A stretch of DNA of 64,000 bases from NCBI RefSeq assembly GCF_963853765.1, contig NC_088854.1, forward strand, positions 46,128,001 through 46,192,000, written 5' to 3'. A program made the position numbers and the translations under genes. Within the stretch, counting starts at the first letter, position 1; each line of letters begins with the position of its first letter. This document shows positions 1 to 13,056 of this stretch, piece after piece. The notes beneath the pieces are model-generated. The model was not told the DNA's origin. It saw only the letters and a list, made by a program, of their open reading frames with translations, and did not search any database. The DNA comes from Magallana gigas (Eukaryota).

Positions 1-1505
1 TGTCTACACACTGCCATACCCACTTTTATCTAAAAGCAGCATGGTAACACAGGACAGCCCAAATGATATCAGCATGTAATGGAGCTCAGATCTGCTCTGA
101 CAACCATAAATCTTGCTTTGATGATAAGAAATGTAAAAGAAACAACTGGGATGCAACTTCATTCTGTGATGTATGTAACATTCTATCTGTAGAGCAAAAG
201 TAGCCATGAAATTTCAATTGGACACACTTAATTATACCCCTCATCAGGCCATCCCTATAGAATTTGAAGAGAATTACTGATCAATGATGATTGACACATG
301 TTAGATAATTTACAGCAAGAGCAATAAGCATATACATGTAGTAATTCAATAAGGCAATGCATTTCTGATGCATATTTACAAGAGAAATCACATAAGTGCA
401 TGCCATATCACAATACTGAAAAAAGAATCATACCAACCCCCCTAGTTGTGGATAAGGGTGGGGCATCTATATTGTACCCATACATGTTACATGATATGAT
501 TTCATTCAAATTTTGATTTTCATTACTTAGAATAGGACAGGTGTGCTGAGGTTACCATATAAAAAATAGTAATATCTCCTTCTAAACATTTTAACAATGA
601 CTAATGTTTCAATATCTTAGGTCATTCAAACATAAATATCAGTATTTGTATTTTGTAAATAAGGAACTCCCCTTAAAATGTGGGAAGAAACTGATTTTCT
701 GGCTATAATGCATAAAAACATTTTCTGGTAAACTGAAATTCATCAGTTTTTAAGGATGAAAACCATGAAAAGCTCCTAGATTCAATCATGATGATATTAT
801 ATATACTTGACTCATAATGACCTTCTCAACTAAATGCATGAAACCTCTTTTCTACACAAAATATGCATCTGTGTGATCTTGTAAATGGTGTTAAAGCATG
901 TTTTTGCCTTAAACTATTACAAATGGGTAATTCAGTGTAAAATAAACATAAACATAGCACATATTTGCCCAAATCCCTTAATTCCTTCAATCAGGACTAT
1001 GTAGGAAATGAAATTAAAACTCACATAAGGTGAGCAGAAATCAAAGAAATTAAAGTTTTTGTCAAAATAATCCTTCGATAGACTGTTCATGTTCTTCTTC
1101 GCAATGTTTCGCACTTGTCGCTTAATTCTGAGACTTGCACGTAAACTCAAAATTGGTCATTCGATGAAAAACTAGTCGCTGCGTGCTCTTACGACAAAGT
1201 CTGAGGGCATCAAATATGACTGCGACAACTGATCTGCACACTTTTACAGCATCTAGAACACAGAAACCAATATTCTAAGCTCCAGTGACTACAAATCATC
1301 CATTTTTAAAGGTTTTTATTATTATATATTAAAAATTACATGTTTTCCACACCAAAAATCATCATTTTTCATATTTTTTTCATTACAAAATTTTAAAAGC
1401 ATTTTTCTATCTTCAGACTACAGAAACTAATTTCTGTTAACAAGATTTGACATAAAATACTGAAAACTGGCACCTGCATGCATTTTTTCAATTTGACACA
1501 CAGCC

Positions 1506-1977
1506 CTTCAAGGTATCACACCGGTAATTGTTTTCACTATATAACACTATAGAGGGGAAAAAATTCTTAAAAATCAGTTTGTATTTTTCATGACAAAATA
1601 TTCGGAGGAAATGTTATTTGTTACCTATCTCATCAGCTAACACCATAAAAAGGGCAAGCGATACTGCATTTTCTCAAAATATCTAGCTCCAAACAGGTCT
1701 ACCCTCAAAACCACGTGTTTTCCATTTGTATGTAAACAGACTGCACACTCCCCAGGAAGCTGCTGCATGAGCCCTGAAAGAAGTAGTTCCTGTGAAAAAA
1801 AATCATCACCTAACAAAATACATGAAATATCCTACTCAGTGGTACAAAAAATTTTAAAACTGAGTAAAGGAAAATGTAAAAATGCAGTCAAGGAAAAAAA
1901 TAATTCTGAAGTATATATGGAACTACAATTGACTAAGTTCATTTTGATTGGCCGATTACCGGTGTGATACCTTGAAG
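1506..1977. mobile_element. 472-bp MITE-like element, copy 1
   Basis: Perfect 23-bp TIR: CTTCAAGGTATCACACCGGTAAT (1506-1528) and ATTACCGGTGTGATACCTTGAAG (1955-1977). No transposase ORF and no clear target-site duplication (TSD). Confidence 0.8.
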
Positions 1978-3919
1978 AGACTCTAAAGATGTCAGATCCC
2001 TTTCAAATTTGCACCTGAGAATTCCCAATCAACTGTCACCAAATCCCTAAAACCCTGTCCCCAAGCTCCCAATATTTCATTAGCTATTGAGGATTTATCT
2101 CCCTTACTCAGACTGAAGAAAATAGCACAGATGAAACACATTTGGAGCCTCACACCATGCATGACCTGAAGCCAATTTTCATCCTTAAAACAACAAGATA
2201 CAAAATCATCTTGGTACCAAATCAGAGCATATACATTTTTCTTTACATCAAAATAAAAATATTCCATTAGAGTCACTTCATTATGCAATCATTGCATAAC
2301 AAAGAAGAAATTTACCTCTATTGTTCACACATTTCATAACAATATTGTGAATTATCAGGTCAAAAATGAAATCTGTATCTGGTAAATTTATATATCAGGT
2401 AAAGCCTGTTTACTTGTCTACACACTGCCATACCCACTTTTATCTAAAAGCAGCATGGTAACACAGGACAGCCCAAATGATATCAGCATGTAATGGAGCT
2501 CAGATCTGCTCTGACAACCATAAATCTTGCTTTGATGATAAGAAATGTAAAAGAAACAACTGGGATGCAACTTCATTCTGTGATGTATGTAACATTCTAT
2601 CTGTAGAGCAAAAGTAGCCATGAAATTTCAATTGGACACACTTAATTATACCCCTCATCAGGCCATCCCTATAGAATTTGAAGAGAATTACTGATCAATG
2701 ATGATTGACACATGTTAGATAATTTACAGCAAGAGCAATAAGCATATACATGTAGTAATTCAATAAGGCAATGCATTTCTGATGCATATTTACAAGAGAA
2801 ATCACATAAGTGCATGCCATATCACAATACTGAAAAAAGAATCATACCAACCCCCCTAGTTGTGGATAAGGGTGGGGCATCTATATTGTACCCATACATG
2901 TTACATGATATGATTTCATTCAAATTTTGATTTTCATTACTTAGAATAGGACAGGTGTGCTGAGGTTACCATATAAAAAATAGTAATATCTCCTTCTAAA
3001 CATTTTAACAATGACTAATGTTTCAATATCTTAGGTCATTCAAACATAAATATCAGTATTTGTATTTTGTAAATAAGGAACTCCCCTTAAAATGTGGGAA
3101 GAAACTGATTTTCTGGCTATAATGCATAAAAACATTTTCTGGTAAACTGAAATTCATCAGTTTTTAAGGATGAAAACCATGAAAAGCTCCTAGATTCAAT
3201 CATGATGATATTATATATACTTGACTCATAATGACCTTCTCAACTAAATGCATGAAACCTCTTTTCTACACAAAATATGCATCTGTGTGATCTTGTAAAT
3301 GGTGTTAAAGCATGTTTTTGCCTTAAACTATTACAAATGGGTAATTCAGTGTAAAATAAACATAAACATAGCACATATTTGCCCAAATCCCTTAATTCCT
3401 TCAATCAGGACTATGTAGGAAATGAAATTAAAACTCACATAAGGTGAGCAGAAATCAAAGAAATTAAAGTTTTTGTCAAAATAATCCTTCGATAGACTGT
3501 TCATGTTCTTCTTCGCAATGTTTCGCACTTGTCGCTTAATTCTGAGACTTGCACGTAAACTCAAAATTGGTCATTCGATGAAAAACTAGTCGCTGCGTGC
3601 TCTTACGACAAAGTCTGAGGGCATCAAATATGACTGCGACAACTGATCTGCACACTTTTACAGCATCTAGAACACAGAAACCAATATTCTAAGCTCCAGT
3701 GACTACAAATCATCCATTTTTAAAGGTTTTTATTATTATATATTAAAAATTACATGTTTTCCACACCAAAAATCATCATTTTTCATATTTTTTTCATTAC
3801 AAAATTTTAAAAGCATTTTTCTATCTTCAGACTACAGAAACTAATTTCTGTTAACAAGATTTGACATAAAATACTGAAAACTGGCACCTGCATGCATTTT
3901 TTCAATTTGACACACAGCC

Positions 3920-4391
3920 CTTCAAGGTATCACACCGGTAATTGTTTTCACTATATAACACTATAGAGGGGAAAAAATTCTTAAAAATCAGTTTGTATTT
4001 TTCATGACAAAATATTCGGAGGAAATGTTATTTGTTACCTATCTCATCAGCTAACACCATAAAAAGGGCAAGCGATACTGCATTTTCTCAAAATATCTAG
4101 CTCCAAACAGGTCTACCCTCAAAACCACGTGTTTTCCATTTGTATGTAAACAGACTGCACACTCCCCAGGAAGCTGCTGCATGAGCCCTGAAAGAAGTAG
4201 TTCCTGTGAAAAAAAATCATCACCTAACAAAATACATGAAATATCCTACTCAGTGGTACAAAAAATTTTAAAACTGAGTAAAGGAAAATGTAAAAATGCA
4301 GTCAAGGAAAAAAATAATTCTGAAGTATATATGGAACTACAATTGACTAAGTTCATTTTGATTGGCCGATTACCGGTGTGATACCTTGAAG
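3920..4391. mobile_element. 472-bp MITE-like element, copy 2
   Basis: Same TIR pair at +2414. Confidence 0.8.
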
Positions 4392-6333
4392 AGACTCTAA
4401 AGATGTCAGATCCCTTTCAAATTTGCACCTGAGAATTCCCAATCAACTGTCACCAAATCCCTAAAACCCTGTCCCCAAGCTCCCAATATTTCATTAGCTA
4501 TTGAGGATTTATCTCCCTTACTCAGACTGAAGAAAATAGCACAGATGAAACACATTTGGAGCCTCACACCATGCATGACCTGAAGCCAATTTTCATCCTT
4601 AAAACAACAAGATACAAAATCATCTTGGTACCAAATCAGAGCATATACATTTTTCTTTACATCAAAATAAAAATATTCCATTAGAGTCACTTCATTATGC
4701 AATCATTGCATAACAAAGAAGAAATTTACCTCTATTGTTCACACATTTCATAACAATATTGTGAATTATCAGGTCAAAAATGAAATCTGTATCTGGTAAA
4801 TTTATATATCAGGTAAAGCCTGTTTACTTGTCTACACACTGCCATACCCACTTTTATCTAAAAGCAGCATGGTAACACAGGACAGCCCAAATGATATCAG
4901 CATGTAATGGAGCTCAGATCTGCTCTGACAACCATAAATCTTGCTTTGATGATAAGAAATGTAAAAGAAACAACTGGGATGCAACTTCATTCTGTGATGT
5001 ATGTAACATTCTATCTGTAGAGCAAAAGTAGCCATGAAATTTCAATTGGACACACTTAATTATACCCCTCATCAGGCCATCCCTATAGAATTTGAAGAGA
5101 ATTACTGATCAATGATGATTGACACATGTTAGATAATTTACAGCAAGAGCAATAAGCATATACATGTAGTAATTCAATAAGGCAATGCATTTCTGATGCA
5201 TATTTACAAGAGAAATCACATAAGTGCATGCCATATCACAATACTGAAAAAAGAATCATACCAACCCCCCTAGTTGTGGATAAGGGTGGGGCATCTATAT
5301 TGTACCCATACATGTTACATGATATGATTTCATTCAAATTTTGATTTTCATTACTTAGAATAGGACAGGTGTGCTGAGGTTACCATATAAAAAATAGTAA
5401 TATCTCCTTCTAAACATTTTAACAATGACTAATGTTTCAATATCTTAGGTCATTCAAACATAAATATCAGTATTTGTATTTTGTAAATAAGGAACTCCCC
5501 TTAAAATGTGGGAAGAAACTGATTTTCTGGCTATAATGCATAAAAACATTTTCTGGTAAACTGAAATTCATCAGTTTTTAAGGATGAAAACCATGAAAAG
5601 CTCCTAGATTCAATCATGATGATATTATATATACTTGACTCATAATGACCTTCTCAACTAAATGCATGAAACCTCTTTTCTACACAAAATATGCATCTGT
5701 GTGATCTTGTAAATGGTGTTAAAGCATGTTTTTGCCTTAAACTATTACAAATGGGTAATTCAGTGTAAAATAAACATAAACATAGCACATATTTGCCCAA
5801 ATCCCTTAATTCCTTCAATCAGGACTATGTAGGAAATGAAATTAAAACTCACATAAGGTGAGCAGAAATCAAAGAAATTAAAGTTTTTGTCAAAATAATC
5901 CTTCGATAGACTGTTCATGTTCTTCTTCGCAATGTTTCGCACTTGTCGCTTAATTCTGAGACTTGCACGTAAACTCAAAATTGGTCATTCGATGAAAAAC
6001 TAGTCGCTGCGTGCTCTTACGACAAAGTCTGAGGGCATCAAATATGACTGCGACAACTGATCTGCACACTTTTACAGCATCTAGAACACAGAAACCAATA
6101 TTCTAAGCTCCAGTGACTACAAATCATCCATTTTTAAAGGTTTTTATTATTATATATTAAAAATTACATGTTTTCCACACCAAAAATCATCATTTTTCAT
6201 ATTTTTTTCATTACAAAATTTTAAAAGCATTTTTCTATCTTCAGACTACAGAAACTAATTTCTGTTAACAAGATTTGACATAAAATACTGAAAACTGGCA
6301 CCTGCATGCATTTTTTCAATTTGACACACAGCC

Positions 6334-6805
6334 CTTCAAGGTATCACACCGGTAATTGTTTTCACTATATAACACTATAGAGGGGAAAAAATTCTTAAAA
6401 ATCAGTTTGTATTTTTCATGACAAAATATTCGGAGGAAATGTTATTTGTTACCTATCTCATCAGCTAACACCATAAAAAGGGCAAGCGATACTGCATTTT
6501 CTCAAAATATCTAGCTCCAAACAGGTCTACCCTCAAAACCACGTGTTTTCCATTTGTATGTAAACAGACTGCACACTCCCCAGGAAGCTGCTGCATGAGC
6601 CCTGAAAGAAGTAGTTCCTGTGAAAAAAAATCATCACCTAACAAAATACATGAAATATCCTACTCAGTGGTACAAAAAATTTTAAAACTGAGTAAAGGAA
6701 AATGTAAAAATGCAGTCAAGGAAAAAAATAATTCTGAAGTATATATGGAACTACAATTGACTAAGTTCATTTTGATTGGCCGATTACCGGTGTGATACCT
6801 TGAAG
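6334..6805. mobile_element. 472-bp MITE-like element, copy 3
   Basis: Same TIR pair at +4828. Confidence 0.8.
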
Positions 6806-8747
6806 AGACTCTAAAGATGTCAGATCCCTTTCAAATTTGCACCTGAGAATTCCCAATCAACTGTCACCAAATCCCTAAAACCCTGTCCCCAAGCTCCCAA
6901 TATTTCATTAGCTATTGAGGATTTATCTCCCTTACTCAGACTGAAGAAAATAGCACAGATGAAACACATTTGGAGCCTCACACCATGCATGACCTGAAGC
7001 CAATTTTCATCCTTAAAACAACAAGATACAAAATCATCTTGGTACCAAATCAGAGCATATACATTTTTCTTTACATCAAAATAAAAATATTCCATTAGAG
7101 TCACTTCATTATGCAATCATTGCATAACAAAGAAGAAATTTACCTCTATTGTTCACACATTTCATAACAATATTGTGAATTATCAGGTCAAAAATGAAAT
7201 CTGTATCTGGTAAATTTATATATCAGGTAAAGCCTGTTTACTTGTCTACACACTGCCATACCCACTTTTATCTAAAAGCAGCATGGTAACACAGGACAGC
7301 CCAAATGATATCAGCATGTAATGGAGCTCAGATCTGCTCTGACAACCATAAATCTTGCTTTGATGATAAGAAATGTAAAAGAAACAACTGGGATGCAACT
7401 TCATTCTGTGATGTATGTAACATTCTATCTGTAGAGCAAAAGTAGCCATGAAATTTCAATTGGACACACTTAATTATACCCCTCATCAGGCCATCCCTAT
7501 AGAATTTGAAGAGAATTACTGATCAATGATGATTGACACATGTTAGATAATTTACAGCAAGAGCAATAAGCATATACATGTAGTAATTCAATAAGGCAAT
7601 GCATTTCTGATGCATATTTACAAGAGAAATCACATAAGTGCATGCCATATCACAATACTGAAAAAAGAATCATACCAACCCCCCTAGTTGTGGATAAGGG
7701 TGGGGCATCTATATTGTACCCATACATGTTACATGATATGATTTCATTCAAATTTTGATTTTCATTACTTAGAATAGGACAGGTGTGCTGAGGTTACCAT
7801 ATAAAAAATAGTAATATCTCCTTCTAAACATTTTAACAATGACTAATGTTTCAATATCTTAGGTCATTCAAACATAAATATCAGTATTTGTATTTTGTAA
7901 ATAAGGAACTCCCCTTAAAATGTGGGAAGAAACTGATTTTCTGGCTATAATGCATAAAAACATTTTCTGGTAAACTGAAATTCATCAGTTTTTAAGGATG
8001 AAAACCATGAAAAGCTCCTAGATTCAATCATGATGATATTATATATACTTGACTCATAATGACCTTCTCAACTAAATGCATGAAACCTCTTTTCTACACA
8101 AAATATGCATCTGTGTGATCTTGTAAATGGTGTTAAAGCATGTTTTTGCCTTAAACTATTACAAATGGGTAATTCAGTGTAAAATAAACATAAACATAGC
8201 ACATATTTGCCCAAATCCCTTAATTCCTTCAATCAGGACTATGTAGGAAATGAAATTAAAACTCACATAAGGTGAGCAGAAATCAAAGAAATTAAAGTTT
8301 TTGTCAAAATAATCCTTCGATAGACTGTTCATGTTCTTCTTCGCAATGTTTCGCACTTGTCGCTTAATTCTGAGACTTGCACGTAAACTCAAAATTGGTC
8401 ATTCGATGAAAAACTAGTCGCTGCGTGCTCTTACGACAAAGTCTGAGGGCATCAAATATGACTGCGACAACTGATCTGCACACTTTTACAGCATCTAGAA
8501 CACAGAAACCAATATTCTAAGCTCCAGTGACTACAAATCATCCATTTTTAAAGGTTTTTATTATTATATATTAAAAATTACATGTTTTCCACACCAAAAA
8601 TCATCATTTTTCATATTTTTTTCATTACAAAATTTTAAAAGCATTTTTCTATCTTCAGACTACAGAAACTAATTTCTGTTAACAAGATTTGACATAAAAT
8701 ACTGAAAACTGGCACCTGCATGCATTTTTTCAATTTGACACACAGCC

Positions 8748-9219
8748 CTTCAAGGTATCACACCGGTAATTGTTTTCACTATATAACACTATAGAGGGGA
8801 AAAAATTCTTAAAAATCAGTTTGTATTTTTCATGACAAAATATTCGGAGGAAATGTTATTTGTTACCTATCTCATCAGCTAACACCATAAAAAGGGCAAG
8901 CGATACTGCATTTTCTCAAAATATCTAGCTCCAAACAGGTCTACCCTCAAAACCACGTGTTTTCCATTTGTATGTAAACAGACTGCACACTCCCCAGGAA
9001 GCTGCTGCATGAGCCCTGAAAGAAGTAGTTCCTGTGAAAAAAAATCATCACCTAACAAAATACATGAAATATCCTACTCAGTGGTACAAAAAATTTTAAA
9101 ACTGAGTAAAGGAAAATGTAAAAATGCAGTCAAGGAAAAAAATAATTCTGAAGTATATATGGAACTACAATTGACTAAGTTCATTTTGATTGGCCGATTA
9201 CCGGTGTGATACCTTGAAG
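8748..9219. mobile_element. 472-bp MITE-like element, copy 4 (terminates the array)
   Basis: Same TIR pair at +7242. Its right flank (TTCTTCGGG) differs from that of the internal copies (AGACTCT). Confidence 0.8.
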
Positions 9220-9240
9220 TTCTTCGGGCGTTTAAATGCA

Positions 9241-9243
<3 letters not shown>

Positions 9244-9325
<82 letters not shown>
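9244..9325. repeat. (AT)n microsatellite, about 41 units
   Basis: Uninterrupted AT dinucleotide run. Confidence 0.99.
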
Positions 9326-9328
<3 letters not shown>

Positions 9329-9854
9329 TTCACAACTGACAATCGCTGTTTGCTTACAAAAATATGTTTACTAAATTGTGGCAGAAACGTATATACATTG
9401 TATAAATGTCCCTGGTACTGATATTATTGTGTAATGATCTTGATTAAATTTGGAACAAAAGTTCGCGAATTTTATCCACAGAGCATCGGGTTCAACTCAT
9501 CAGTCTGTCGGAACTAGGAACAATGCCCTTAAACAACACATATTTAATGTGTGTTTTATTGACAAATAAATCCAACCCCGCCCGATCGCGTAATGGACGT
9601 TAGAGGTTCGCCGTTATTAAAGAGCTGCTGAACAGATGCCGTGTGCCTTTACCTGTTTAAAAAGACATTTTATTTTTAAAACAATAAACACTTGATAAAC
9701 AAAAACCAAATAGCTATGCCGAGATTTTAAACGCCGATAACACACGAAAATTAGAAGAAGGAATAAATACACATTCATTTTGGCGCGATGCTATTCTTGC
9801 CGTCTGTTGAGCAGTAGCTTACCCATAGTGACGTGTAGCATCCTTGCTGGAGTT

Positions 9855-10021
9855 ATGGAGACGGTAATTTCTATAGATCGACGCCTGACCCAGCGGGTCC
9901 AAGGGGGCCCCAAGGATTTAACCCCGAAGATGTGTGTGATGGACAGCTACAGGAACCAGGGGTCGCGCTGCCGGACAGAGCCCTACCTTCCTACGATCAT
10001 TTTACCTGTTGGAAAAGCCAG
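9855..10021 (+). CDS. Candidate first coding exon of CNBD gene 1 (METVISIDRRLTQ...PVGKA, phase-2 donor)
   Basis: ATG at 9855 and an open frame to a strong AG|GTGAGT donor. Phase 2 matches the acceptors at 11845, 13057 and 15682. Confidence 0.5.
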
Positions 10022-11374
10022 GTGAGTAGAATATTACCTTTGTAGGGCCTTGGTTGTTATTCTGCGGTAGTTACTTTCTATTTTATGAAAGTACATCTCT
10101 TTAAACATCGAGATCAAAAGTATGTGAAAGAGAAATGTTTTTGATATTTGTGAAAGGTTTGTGTAGATGTATTGATTATTTATTATCAGATGTACAAAAC
10201 TTCTGGTAAAAGTCGCAAGTACTTGTAAATCGAATCGAACTTTCAAAACATTTCGTAAGAAATAAATGATTTAGATATGAAAACCCCCAGGAGAAACATT
10301 TTTTTCACACTTCATTTGTATATTAATACTGCTAGACATCCATTTTCTTATCGTTGAAATATTGCTATTACGTTTAATAATTGATTGATATTGCTGATAA
10401 AACATCTTTGATGAAAAGTACTTATTTCACCAATACACACCATGCATCGAAAATCAAAGAATATAGGTGAGAATGAATATGAATTTTTTCATTGTGAGCA
10501 GAACTCCAGCAACTTGAAGAAAATGAATCAAATATACAGTAATAAAGAGATTCGCTCAAATATTGTCTATAAATAGTTGTACGCAATGACGTACATTCGA
10601 ACGTTGCAAATTGAATTGTGGTGTTGATGAATACAATTTTTAAAAACTGGAGGAAAGAGGATTGTGTTAAATGCAGTTGTTAAATTGTGCACATTGTCAA
10701 TGTTGTCGTTATACAGCACAGTCGATTTGCATAGCGCATGTACATTTTAACGCGTGGACAATGTGCACCTATTGACGGCTATCAAGAGACAAGGTTGTGA
10801 TAGCTGCACGGCGAGTGCGAAGAGCGATACTGGTCCAAATTTAAAAACCCTTAACGCTGGATAATAAAATCTTCTTATCGTTCACCATCATTTTGTCTTG
10901 CATACATTTACATTAATTTTGTGGAACCTCATAGCGATGCTTGTTGACCAAAGACTTGTTCCCATTCCACACGCTGATCACCAATGTTATATTATTTCAA
11001 ATCCATTTGTTAAAGTAACAAACAAATCTACGGAACACAACAATCCTGACACCCACACACTGCATAGTTGATTTCAAACACGGACAGCCAAACCAATTTA
11101 AATCAGCATTAGATTTTTGTTGGACAAAATAATTGGATCATTCAAAGTTCAAAATTGAAATTAATGTCAAAAGATTCGAAAATTGAATATTGAGTGAGCC
11201 ACCTGTGGCGTATTTTAATGAAACCTTGGCTTGTAAGATTGAGACAGTGACCAAAAACACATATATTAATATCACCGATATCTTTTTTTCACTGCTAGTA
11301 TTACTAGTATCATAAAAATGAATGACTGCTGTTAATTTTCTCTGAAGACACCGAAACACGTATTAGTATTAGAA

Positions 11375-11402
11375 ATAACCATGAAACGGTTGCTTTGGCA
11401 AT
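11375..11402. promoter_or_regulatory. Paired RFX X-box-like motifs
   Basis: ATAACCATGAAAC (11375-11387) next to GTTGCTTTGGCAAT (11389-11402, 11/14 match to GTTGCCATGGCAAC), upstream of a CNBD2-like gene. Confidence 0.45.
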
Positions 11403-11844
11403 GCTATGGGATGGGATGAGGATATAATGACTTTGTTGACGCTTTTTGTTATATTTATAAAACGCTTTTATCGTTAGAATTCAATCTGTCGTGTTGGATG
11501 TCATTTACAGACCAATTATAACGCGGTTACAGAGCGAGCTAGTCGTAAAAAAGCTACATTTACTCACCTTGTTCAACCAGCTGTGATGGGAAGCCGCTGG
11601 GTAGCGGATGTTCATAAAAGGAAGACCGTGTTGCAACGTTAGCTTCAGAACAAAAATCAGTTTTGCACACTACAGGGAAAAAACATCCATGAACGGAGAA
11701 GACGCCAAAGATTGGTACAGAGGCACACAAGATTAATTTCGGTTACTCTTTCGTCTGCATGATGAGTACTGATGACCAAAGCTTAGATGTAAGCTTTTTG
11801 TATATAATTATAAATGTGGATTTCATTTTGCCATGTTTTGGTAG

Positions 11845-12001
11845 GTGCGACACGGCGGATTCTGTGTGGACCACCAAAGATCAGAGAAGCGAAGACCGAG
11901 TTTGTTCGGACAATAAGGATGTTGAGAGGCGAGGAAATCGAGAACCGCTCGACTGCCTCAAAGTAGCCAAGTTCAAAAGACGGAGACATTTCTTTCACAG
12001 A
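11845..12001 (+). CDS. Candidate alternative exon A of CNBD gene 1 (phase 2 to 0)
   Basis: TTTTGGTAG acceptor, open frame CDTADSV...KFKRRRHFFHR, AGA|GTGAGT donor, 157 bp. Confidence 0.45.
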
Positions 12002-13056
12002 GTGAGTACAACCTTAGGCTTGTTGTCTGTTTAATTTTTTAATCAACTCTAGCTTGGAATAGAACTTTCCATCTTTCCTGTTTTTTGTTTAGTTTGGTTT
12101 TTTTGTGTTTTGCATCCGCTCGAGATTATTTTCTGAATTTGAGAACTCTGGGTAGAGAAATTAATGCACGTTTGTGAATGAGGCCAATTTGGCCTGTGAA
12201 TCCAGTACAAAAAAATATTTGACAAAAGTAGAATGTCGGTTATTGATGGATTAAAATGCCATAAATTTCAGAGCTGAACATTTAACTGGTACAATGCCTT
12301 CCGCATTTAGTACCTCAGCATGAATTAATTTAGATGTCTATGATTAGATCGAATGCTGCGATATTAGATGTTTCTTTCCATTTTTCTTTCAATGCGAAGT
12401 AGTATGTTAAAAAATAAATCAATTTAATTTCATTTTCAGAATATGAATGCAATTTCGTTATATAAAATCAAATAAATTTCGACACCAAATCCAGTTCTGG
12501 CACTTGCAATGAGATATGTGTTTTTTAATTATGTGCCTTAGTTCAGTCAAGTACATTAGAAATGACGGAAGAGGGCTTTTGAGAAGAGGAGCGCGTTGCC
12601 TTTAATGGTAACCCAGAATTAAATCTTTTATCCCTTTGCCGCTTTTAAGCAAAATGTTTTGATTTGATACACATTAAAATCTACATAATTCAACTTTTGG
12701 CGACACAGTGAATTATCAATGGCTTTGTAGGTATTTTACATCATTATCAGTAAGACCTTTGTCAACTTGCAATAATAGAAAACACCAACTGTCAGCGAGA
12801 GAAGTGACAGAGGAAGCCCCCTACAAGTTTGAGTGGACCCTGCGGTGCTCACTGGGACCTAAAATCGTGTCTCTGGCTATCTCCTCACTGTCATGCTGAA
12901 CTCTGACAATCCGGGTACTTTTGGAATGTACAAAAGTAATTACTAATATTATTTCAACGGTAGTATTTCGTAGCCATTCTGTGAAACGATTTAAAATATC
13001 AACGTGGTTGAAGGTCTCATACTGCGAAAAAAAACACATTTGAACCTGATTGTTAG

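Larger units (their letters stand above)
1..9219. repeat. Head-to-tail tandem array, 2414-bp unit, at least 3.8 copies (1-1977 partial, 1978-4391, 4392-6805, 6806-9219); extends off the left edge
   Basis: The same four ORF translations recur at a constant 2414-bp offset (4/2418/4832/7246; 1767/4181/6595/9009), and spot checks of the DNA show identity. Identity ends after ...GATACCTTGAAG at 9219. Confidence 0.97.

Noticed and set aside
200-1640. Hammerhead ribozyme cores (minus-strand CTGATGAG near 240 and 1630) suggesting a retrozyme or Penelope array
   Set aside because: Stem II does not close onto a GAAA, and stems I and III cannot be formed.
4-9209. Four ORFs (66-98 aa) repeated in each array unit as a protein-coding cassette
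   Set aside because: No recognisable domain, three lack convincing starts or splice context, and one lies inside the MITE. Their recurrence only reflects DNA identity.
9236-9421. 61-aa YIYIYI ORF
   Set aside because: It is a translation of the (AT)n microsatellite.
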